Source: Octopus vulgaris (Eukaryota). Taken from it: a stretch of DNA of 64,000 nt. The stretch spans positions 6,386,001 through 6,450,000 of the forward strand of contig OX597836.1 in NCBI GenBank assembly GCA_951406725.2, in the 5' to 3' direction. The translations under genes and the position numbers were made by a program. The stretch's first letter is position 1. Every line of letters starts with the position of its first letter. The notes under the pieces were generated by a model. The model searched no databases. It saw only the letters and a program-made list of their open reading frames with translations, and was not told the origin of the DNA. Shown piece by piece: positions 53,657-64,000 of this stretch.

Positions 53657-54305
53657 TTTGTGTTTGCGTCTGATACCGATAGAACAAGTACCGGGTTTAA
53701 AAGAAAAATAGCCCTGGGGGTGGGGTCAATTTGTTCGACTAAAACCGTCAAGGTGGTGCGCCAGTATAGCCGCACTCAACTGCCTGAAACAATAAAAGGT
53801 AAACGGTAAACGGTGCCATCTTTAACAAACAAGGGCATGTTAGACACTAAATATGTATCGTGTTGGGTGTTCGTATAATTGATCCTTAAACCGGTGGATA
53901 TCGTCCGTTAATGTTTCATTACATATGTAGATTGTGCGGAGGGCATGCAATTATAGTATTTTGTATAAATTAAAAGTGAAAATGAATATAAAAATCAACC
54001 TGAAGAAAAAAACATAGTCCAGTTTTGGGTTTTTTTTTTCTATTTATCTTACACATTCACACAATCCTTTCCCATTGTTTAAAGTTTATAAAGAACCAGT
54101 GGCAGCTGGTAGATAAAATTAGTTGAGGTGCTGCTTCAGAAAATGTTCAGCTGCTGTTTTAATATTGTGTAAAAGGAAACAAACATATAAAAGAAAATTT
54201 TTAAATTTATTTTGAAAACTGTGACAACATCATAATTACGTTTTCAAAACGTTCATTTCGAAAGAGAATCGTCTCGGTTTCAAATCCATTATGAGACAGC
54301 TTTTG

Positions 54306-54513
54306 CAGTTCTATATTTAAGAGATGAGGAATTATGTACATTATTTACATTATTTACATTATTTATATTATTTACATTATTTACATTCGACGGACACTTG
54401 TCATCATCTTGTTTGTTGTTAACATAACGTTTCGACTGGTATACCCTCCAGCCTTCTTCAGATGTCTTGGGGAAATTTCGAACCTGGGTTCGCATTCCTA
54501 AGGTATTTTTCGA

Positions 54514-54603
<90 letters not shown>

Positions 54604-54720
54604 CATTGTTGTTGTTGTTGTTAGTGATCAGGTCACTGCTTGGAATCGAACTCGAAATTTCCCCTAGACACCTGATGATGAGGACAAATATCCGCCGAAT
54701 GTAAATAATGTAAATAATGT
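54306..54720 (-). mobile_element. Family K element with inverted ends, internal (ATT)n, hammerhead and 12-bp TSD
   Basis: Right part 54645-54720 is an inverted, internally deleted copy of the left part; TSD AGACAG(C/T)TTTTG at 54294-54305 and 54721-54732. Confidence 0.8.
54421..54466 (-). ncRNA. Minimal type I hammerhead ribozyme (canonical core)
   Basis: GACAT-CTGAAGA-A-GGCTGG(AGGGTATA)CCAGTC-GAAA-CG-TT-ATGTT. Confidence 0.75.
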
Positions 54721-54760
54721 AGACAGTTTTTGGTTGTGTCTTCTGTAATATTCTAATCCT

Positions 54761-54985
54761 GCGAGCGCGTGGCTTAGTGGTTAAGGTGTTGGACTCTTGG
54801 ACGCAAGGTTGCGGTTTCGATTCCCGGACCAGCCGACGCGTTCTTCTCTTGAGCGAAACGCTCCATTCCACGTTACTCCCGTCAGCAAAAATAAGTGACC
54901 CTGCGATGGACCGTCGCCCCATGCAGTGTGGAATATATGTGCCACGGAAACCAGGAAACAAGACTTATGAGCCTCTATGATGCGA
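54761..54985 (+). mobile_element. Older SINE, H2-like head + tail T2
   Basis: GTGGCTTAGTGGTTAAGG...GTTTCGATTCCCGG...CCTGCGATGGACCG...GAAACCAGGAAAC. Confidence 0.8.
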
Positions 54986-55035
54986 GATGGAGCATCATCC
55001 TATTCTAATGATTAATCAGTAACTTCAAAGCATGT

Positions 55036-55430
55036 AAGGCGGCGAGCTGGCAGAAAGGTTAGCACGCCGGGCGAAATGCTTAGCGGTATTTCGTCTGCCG
55101 CTACGTTCTGAGTTCAAATTCCGTCGAGGTCGACTTTGCCTTTCATCCTTTCGGGGTCGATAAATCAAGTGCAACTTACGCACTGGGGTCGATGTAATCG
55201 ATTTAATCCGTTTGTCTGTCCTTGTTTGTCCCCTCTGTGTGTAGCTCCTTGTGGGTAGTAAAGAAATAGGTATTTCGTCTGCCGCTATGTTCTGAGTTCA
55301 AATTCCGCCGAGGTCGACTTTGCCTTTTAAGTTTTTGGGGTCGATTAAATAAGTGCTAGTTACGCATTGGGGTCAATCGACTTGACTTAATCCCCTCCCT
55401 CATGTTGCCCTTGTGGAAAAAATTTGAAAC

Positions 55431-55432
<2 letters not shown>
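55036..55432 (+). mobile_element. SINE family E dimer ending in (ATT)n
   Basis: Junction AAAGAAATAG|GTATTTCG at ~55270. Confidence 0.9.
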
Positions 55433-55467
<35 letters not shown>

Positions 55468-55672
55468 GAATGAGAGAGCAGTGCATGCCATCAAAGTGAC
55501 ACTGGGGTAAAATATACGAAGCCCAGTATACCCATCATGACTACCTGTCTGATAAAGGTACACTAGTCACATGCATCACAGCAATATGTGCGCGACATGG
55601 TAATCTCATATCAAGATGAACAGCGCATGACCTTACACGTGGAGTCCAGTTAGAATTTTCTTCTGGACGTCT

Positions 55673-55835
55673 ATGCTAATCATAGACGTCAAATTCTTCT
55701 TGGTAATGGTGATTTGACGTCTATGTTTAGCATATAGGCTGTCCATTTTAGTGGTCAGACCTCTAAATTTCTTAAAATATGCCAAGCCACTGGTTTTAAT
55801 TGATTAATATCAATTTCTACCCTTATTATTTAATT
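55673..55835. mobile_element. End fragment of the 38500 element with a small fold-back
   Basis: Matches 38878-39025; ATGCTAATCATAGACGTCAAAT pairs with ATTTGACGTCTATGTTTAGCAT. Confidence 0.8.
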
Positions 55836-56606
55836 ATATATATATATATAATAACAATTTAATGAATAAAACATATGCATACATACATACATATATGTAC
55901 ATACCTACATCTAAATGTATATATACATGCATATATGAGTACAGGACACCACAAATAAACGTAGAACACAACGAGAAACGAAAACATAAAATCAAACAAG
56001 GAAACGGACTTTTTTTAACAACGAAAAAATACAGAGTACAAGACAGACAATACAAGGAACATTCCCCTTCATATCCATGATAAAAGTTGCTAAGTGTCCC
56101 AGGAAATAATCCCGGGAAAGGAAGACTTGTTTAGTTGAAAATATTGAAATATAAAAAGAGACGAACGCTGAAGATGCTGTTAATCTATTTATACCTTGAA
56201 GTCTTCTACATACGTTTCGATATGTATGAGAGTGAACGCCCGTATCCATATGTATATAAATACGTTACATTTTGTAGGACTTTCCTTTTTCGGTTACCAT
56301 GCTTTTTTTTTTGTTTTTTTTTATGAACTTGTTATCATAAACCTCTTGAAGAAATTAGTGCACTGTTGACCATTATTTATCCTACCGGATATTTTGAAGT
56401 GCAACCATCGAAATACATGTAGAGGACTTCATGATATAAATGGATAAACAATATCTTGAGCGTTCGCCTATTTATATTATATATATATATATGTATGTAT
56501 ATACACATACATATATACATATATATACATATACATATATACACATATACACATACATATATACATATGTATATATATATGTGGATATATGTATACACTC
56601 GCATAC

Positions 56607-56640
<34 letters not shown>

Positions 56641-56939
56641 TTGCATCTATATATAGGATGTCACAGACAAATGGAGACACAGTGAACATAGAAAACACGA
56701 TTTTCTATATATATCCTCACGCGTGTCCCAATGAAGTATATGTCGCAAAAAAGTTCGAGTGTTTGAGTGTGTGTGGGGGTGGATGGGTGCCTGCGTGTAT
56801 ACTGAATATGTAGGCATACATGTATATATGTATATAGACAAACAGACACATATAGACAGCTAGCTAGATAGATAGATAGATTGATAGATAGACAGACAGA
56901 TAGATAGATTTATATATTGATTGATTGATAGATAGACAC

Positions 56940-57056
<117 letters not shown>

Positions 57057-57217
57057 AAGATGTATTTGCATGTATGCATGTAGCATGTTGGTAGGTATGT
57101 TAATGCACGTGTGCGGGTGTTCCGTAATACAAATAGGAAAATAGTGCTCAAAATACGAAACTCTCTCTCTCTCTCTCTCTCTCCCTCTGTCTTTATATAT
57201 ATATTCTGTGTGTGTGC

Positions 57218-57256
<39 letters not shown>

Positions 57257-57402
57257 CGACAGACGTATTCTGTGACTCATGCCCTGCTGACATTCCGGTC
57301 AATGTAACGTATTCGTTGTCAAGTGTCAATATATCAGAACATATGTTTACACGTGTTTGTGTGTGTGTGTATATATATGTGTGTGTATGTGTGTTTATAT
57401 AC

Positions 57403-57553
57403 GCTTCTTTCAGTTTCCGTCTACCAAATCCACTCACAAGGCTTTCGTCGGCTCGAGGCTATAGTAGAAGACACTTGCCCAAGGTACCACGTAGTGGGAC
57501 TGAACCCCGGAATATTGTGGTTGATAAACAAGCTATTCACCACACAGCCACTC
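57403..57553 (-). mobile_element. SINE family A 5' half
   Basis: GCTTCTTTCAGTTTCCGTCTACCAAATCC...CACACAGCCACTC. Confidence 0.85.
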
Positions 57554-57942
57554 TTACACGTATATATGTATATATATACGTGTGTGTGTGTGTGTGTGCA
57601 TATAATATATATATATATATATACACTTAGTTGAACAGTGACAATGGTGTGTTACGGAACAGGTTGTTGACATGCATGACGAATTTGTGTTACAAAAAAT
57701 TACGATGTGATTTAAAATGTCGACCGCGTATACTTCTACATGCATACATATATACATACGTACAAACAAACGAAGCGACGTAGGTATCTATGTGCATAAG
57801 TATCTATGTATGAATGAATGAATTTGTGTGTGTGTGCACGTACGGATGAATATATCCATGTATTGTGTGTGAATGTATGTATGTATGTATGTATGCATTT
57901 AAGGCAGGCCTTTCGTGACACCTTTGAAACTTTTCAGTCCAC

Positions 57943-57984
<42 letters not shown>

Positions 57985-58029
57985 GTTGCATGTCTCGTTT
58001 CTCTATATGCATATATATATATCATTTAC

Positions 58030-58090
<61 letters not shown>

Positions 58091-58099
58091 TATATATAT

Positions 58100-58132
<33 letters not shown>

Positions 58133-58135
58133 GTA

Positions 58136-58178
<43 letters not shown>

Positions 58179-58199
58179 ATATATATGTATGTATGTATG

Positions 58200-58244
<45 letters not shown>

Positions 58245-58261
58245 ATATATATGTATGTATG

Positions 58262-58320
<59 letters not shown>

Positions 58321-59606
58321 CACACAGAGAATATTAAAAGTTACATGAAAAGTGTTGCAAATCATTAACATAATAATCACATATGAAATATATTAACGTG
58401 GAAACTTACGTGGTCATTGTAGTAACTTTTGACTGGTTCTGAAACTGTAGATCCTTTCTTAAAACTTATATATAAACACACACACACGTATAAATGTATA
58501 TATATATATATATAAATATATACCCGCAAATATATGTATATAAACACACGAACTGATAATAACTTTTATAAATATATATATATTACTTATTTATATATAT
58601 ATATAAATCTACAATATATTCAAGACGTGCGTATGTTTGTGTGATGTGTGTGTGTGTGTGTGTGTGCCTGTTTACACAAGTTGGTACTTGATATATACTT
58701 ATGAAATTTACACGATAATGTTCAGTCCTTGTTAGAGGTTATCTTTCTTTTTTGTTTTTACTTTTGTTTTTTGCTGAGGAACCCTTTAACTTCCGTCTGC
58801 TCCTTTTTTCTGCCTTAATTTTCTATTCCTCTTCTATCCTTAATTGGCCCCTTACTGCTGCCTATCTATCTGTTTATCTATCTATGCATTGTTTTTGCCC
58901 TTTTTTTCCCCTCTGCTTGTGTTATCTCTTACGTTGCTGTTCCCGATGTTTCTGTCCCTTTTTGTGGATTTTGTTTATGTTGCTGTTGTTGTTGGTTTTG
59001 TTTTGTTTCTGTTTCTTTCGCTTCCTTAATTCTGTTTCTCCACGGCTTTTCCCTCTTTTCCTCTACACCCTAACATCTCCCTTACTGACTTTCTTTCTCA
59101 TCGTCTCTTTCACACACATAAACTATATTTCTCTCTTTCTCTCTCACTGTCTCTCTTTCTTTGTTTATCTAACTCTACGTCTAACACACACACACACATA
59201 TACACACACACATGCACACACACACACACATACACACATTCCGATAGGTAGATAAACACACAATCATAAATAAAAAACTCTCTCGACCACTCGCAACCCA
59301 TTCATTTAAGCACACATACACACACACCTCCACCAACCCCAACAAAAACACACACACACACACACACACACGTTCCCTCTCCCCACCCCTCTCTCTCTCT
59401 CTCTCGCTCCTTCTTCTCACAATCACACCTACATACTCACATAGAGGAAAGCACTTCTAAATACAAATACACTGATATACACTTACACATTGTCTATTTT
59501 TCTATATATCTGTCTGTCTGTTTGTCTCTCTCTCTCTCTCATTTCTCTTCTCTTCCCTCCACTCCTTCTCCCACCTCTTTTTTCCCGCCATTCCCTCGTT
59601 AACATA

Positions 59607-59652
<46 letters not shown>

Positions 59653-59956
59653 CACGTATTCTGCATAGGCAATCACTTATAAACACGCACAACTACTTAC
59701 ACTCAATCACACACACACACACGCACACACATGTACACAAATACACACACATACAAACACATACACAAATACACTCACCCACACACAGGCATATGCACAC
59801 ACACATATACACACGCACACACACATATACAATGTGTTCCTGACATACATATAAACACACACACCTTTTGTTTCACTCACACACACGCACACACGATTTA
59901 CAGCTCCCCCACCCACCTGTCACTCAATTACGTATTCGCATCAACACACACACACA

Positions 59957-60006
<50 letters not shown>

Positions 60007-60129
60007 CTATTTTCGACACACACACACATATACATATACACACGCATGCACACACACTCACGCACATTCACATACAGCATTCTTTTTTAAGCACATACAC
60101 ACATTTACTCACATACACACATTCTGTTT

Positions 60130-60184
<55 letters not shown>

Positions 60185-60974
60185 CTACACACACACAAAC
60201 GCGCACACATTCCCAAACACACGCGCATGCACACATAACCCAAACACACACACACTTACATTCACTCCTTATATACCTACCACACACGCACACACACACA
60301 CACATAATTACGCTTTATATATCCCACACAAAAATAGACGCACACACACACACACACAAATACACCCTTGATATATCTTCTACACACACACATATACATA
60401 TTTTATATATCCTCACACACTTAGACACACACACATCCATGCACACATTTTATGCATCCCCCCCACACACCTGCATACATTTTATATATTCCAACACACT
60501 TAGACACACACACACTCATGCACACACTTTACATATCCCCCTACACACACACACACTTCACATTCTCACATACGCACACACGCTTTTCGTCTCGCCCCCA
60601 CACCTATCTCTCTCTCTCACGCAGTAATGCTTTCACACAAACACATTCTGTTTTACACCAACAAACACACAGACACACACACATACACACACCAGCTTAT
60701 ATGCATCTAATCAACTCTTTCTTCGTCACCTCTCTTTCTCTCCAGAGAGTCGGAAACAAACCCCGAGGTATTTTTCCGGCTCTTTACATACTAAGTTCAA
60801 ATCTCATCGAGACCAAAATGGCGTATCATCCCTTCGGGGGTCGAAAAAAGTTGAAGCACAGGTCCATTATTAAAGTGGACCTAATCGTCTAACCCCTCCC
60901 CTCAAAAGTGTTTTTGTGCTTTGTTTTACTGTAGAATTGTGTGTATGGTTTTTTTAAAAATATTTTTTATCTTA

Positions 60975-61365
60975 TACAGGTTTCATTCATTGGACTGCGG
61001 CCTAGCCGGAGCACCGCCTTGAAGGGTTTTTAACGAACAAATCGACACCGCTGTTTATTTTCTTTTAGAGGTCTGGAACTTACTCTATCGGTTCAGTCTT
61101 TCTTTGCAGAACAGTTGAGTTACGGGGACGTAAACAATACAACACCGGTTCTCAAGTGGTGAGGGCACAAATACAGACGAACACACACACAGAGACATAC
61201 ACACATACACATACATATTTGTGTGCGTGAATGTGTGGGATAAGAAGCTTGCTTCCCAACCACATGACTCCAGATTCGGCCCCACAGCATAGCACCTTGG
61301 ACCAGTGTCTTCTAATATAGACTCGGGCCGACCAAAATCTTGAGAGTGGATTTGGCAGACGGATA
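60975..61365. mobile_element. Two SINE family A fragments in opposite orientations (60975-61200 minus; 61232-61365 plus)
   Basis: Tail-half and head-half matches to family A. Confidence 0.75.
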
Positions 61366-61448
61366 ATGATATATATATACACAAACATACATATATATAT
61401 ACATAAATACAAATATATATACATACATATACAGATATATGTATATAT

Positions 61449-61507
<59 letters not shown>

Positions 61508-61600
61508 AAATGGGGGTCGAATCAATTAATTATTAATAAATTCGACCAAGCAGTATTCGGTATGTAAAGACCATTTACGGTATATTTGAAGACCATTTAC

Positions 61601-61642
<42 letters not shown>

Positions 61643-61728
61643 ATAGATATATATAGATATATATATACATATATATGTGTGCATTCATATATATGTATAT
61701 ATATGCACACACAAATATATATGTGTGC

Positions 61729-61764
<36 letters not shown>

Positions 61765-62130
61765 ACCGGCTTTAGTTAAACAAAGTGGTCGGCCCGAGGC
61801 TATAGTAAAAGTCACTTTCTCAAGGTGACTGAACCCGGAACCGTGTGGTTGGGGAGCAAGCTGCTTACCACACAGCCACTCCTCTATACATGAATATCCA
61901 CAGGTGAGGGAGTGCTGGAAAGTTCCAAGCTTTGAGTAAAAGAAAATACAGAAGGATGAGTTAGTTATGATTTTATTGAACATATTTGTCTCTCAGATTC
62001 ACACACTTATTGCAGCGGACCTTCAGAATTGGCAAACCCAGTAAAAGGTCTCAGGCCTCCAGCAGGCCTTTCTCCACACCCTTAAAGCCGGGAGCTTTTC
62101 AGCACTTCGTCATGTATATATACATATTAT

Positions 62131-62217
<87 letters not shown>

Positions 62218-62623
62218 TAGATAAAAGAATACTAAAAATGGGACAAGAACGCAACAGGCGACAGCAAAACCTCCAGACAGTTAGATGATACAAAAAGAGA
62301 CACGAGAAAACATGGACGGGTTATTCGGAGTTTTCTTTCCTCTGTCGAGTTCCAGATTAGCTTTGCAGTTTCGGCTGGTTATACTCGAGACTGGCCCAAT
62401 CTGGCCAGCCCCAACGAAAATCTAAGCTAAGAGCACTAGATTCCTTGGAAGAAAGCAGTGAATGTATCCGAAGTCAAGGACGGGAAAAAACGGAGAAATG
62501 GTACACAAATACAAATGCAAATAACAGGACGTGAACAACAGGTGTCTTTCGACTAAGGACTAATTAAATTAAGCTGGCGTGTATGAAAGTGAAGCCTTGC
62601 AGCAGGGAAATAACAGATGACAA

Positions 62624-62625
<2 letters not shown>
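62218..62625 (-). mobile_element. Family G non-coding element between (TAGA)n and (TA)n
   Basis: Second copy at 52782-52923; contains a three-way-junction motif at 62357-62430. Confidence 0.65.
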
Positions 62626-62674
<49 letters not shown>

Positions 62675-62675
<1 letters not shown>

Positions 62676-63571
62676 GAGGTATGATCAATACGTATCCGGA
62701 CAGTTGCCATAGTAACGAAGCTAAAGCAAACAGAGTAAAGCCGCTTAGCACAGTTTGATCTTGATCCCTAATGTGCATTCACACTAAGTTTTAACGCTCT
62801 AGCGCACTTCCGCTCTTTACAGCAATGCTTGGAAGGAACGTGTGTAGCGTGTACTCGTCGCATTGACCATGTCAGAAAAAGTTATCATGGCGATACCTGC
62901 TCAGAGGGCTACGGAAAGTATTCAGAAAGTGTATGGGGAGGAGTGTATGCGCCGCACACAAATGTATGTGTGGTGCAGACGTTTCCAAAATGGCCGAAAG
63001 AATGTCGATGCTGACAAACGTTCTGGGACACAGGCAACCAGCAGAACAGAGTAAAACATGGCAGATGTGCATGCAGCTGTGTGGAGAAATCGTCAAATCC
63101 CCATCCGTGAGTTATCAGAGGATGTGCAGATTAGTTACGGTTCAATTCAGTCCGTTATCTCTGAAGATTTGGGTATGTGACGCGTGTCTGCCAAGTTTGT
63201 ACCAAAAACTGCTTTCAGCTGACCAAAAGGACACTCGGGTTTCAGTTGCACAAGATCTCATTGATTGTGTCGAGAACCAGGCAAACGTTTTGAAAACCTT
63301 ATGTAGGCCTCTGTGCATAGATCGCCAGGCTTCTGGCAAAACTTGATGGAGATTCTCTGCTCGGCTTTCTCTGTCATGGTCAAATAAACTATTACATGCT
63401 ACACACCTTCCTTCCAAGCTCTGCTGTAAACAGCGGAAGTGAGCTAAAACGTTAAAACTTGGTGCGCATGCACAGCAGAGTCCAAGGCCAATCTGTGCCA
63501 AGCGACTTTGCTCTCCGTGCTTTAGCTTCGTTACTATAGCAACAGTCTGGATACTTATTGAACAGACTACG
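62675..63571 (+). mobile_element. Mariner-derived non-autonomous fold-back element (5' end duplicated in inverted orientation)
   Basis: N-terminal transposase remnant (QKVYGEECM...WCRRFQNG...KRSG...IRELSE...RVSAKFVPK-LL); 63298-63571 is an inverted second 5' end encoding MTEKAEQRISIKFC. Confidence 0.9.
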
Positions 63572-63936
63572 TATGTATGTATATATGTATATATATAAAC
63601 ACATGTTGATATCCATATTCGTTCTTAATTCGTTCCGGTAGATTAAGGATATGAATATACTATTCACAGTTTTATTTCAGAATTGGAGAACAACAACTTT
63701 CTGATGAATGAGTTTACAATAAACTCGATTCATTAAAGTAAGTTGACTTTCGGGTCACCGGGCGACTCCCCTTTGACCTCGTGTCGACTCTGCGTCACAG
63801 TTTGAAATCTGCTTAGAAACCGGTTTGATTAATTGACGTCACTGGTGACCTTGCGAAATATAAGCTTTAGATGATAAAAAAAAAAAAACCCACAGTAGTT
63901 TTTGTAGGTAGAAGTGAGGAATTTCCAGCCATGTTC

Positions 63937-64000
63937 GCGACCAAGAAGCTTGCTTTCCGACCATATGGTTCCGGGTTCACTCCCACAGCGTGGTAACATG
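63937..64000 (+). mobile_element. SINE family A head (runs off window)
   Basis: AAGAAGCTTGCTTTCCGACCATATGGTTCCGGGTTCACTCCCACAGCGTGG. Confidence 0.75.

Noticed and set aside
62535-62610. Minus-strand CTGCTGC-A-AGGCT...AGTC-GAAAG
   Set aside because: No helix I and no NUH site.

Overview
This is an AT-rich, microsatellite-saturated animal genomic window with no credible intact protein-coding gene. The repeat families suggest octopus or another coleoid cephalopod (inference). Almost every ORF in the supplied track is a translation of (TA)n, (TACA)n, (CA)n, (ATC)n, (TAA)n or (TCTA)n. The recognisable content is: (i) several tRNA-headed SINE families, some with clear target-site duplications (TSDs), one forming head-to-tail concatemers, and one group showing 2x2 head/tail module swapping; (ii) decayed R4/Dong-clade LINE fragments, most of them next to (TAA)n; (iii) Tc1/mariner remnants; (iv) a 16-bp minisatellite and many fold-back palindromes. 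The main result is a dispersed set of short non-coding elements, mostly embedded in microsatellites and often folded back, that carry minimal type I hammerhead ribozymes (HHRs). Eight motifs match well and three are weaker. They include canonical cores, compensatory variants of the C3-G8 tertiary pair (A3-U8 and U3-A8) and a position-6 variant family. This is consistent with a diverse population of non-autonomous Penelope-like or retrozyme-like elements. All structures were read by eye and no database search was run.
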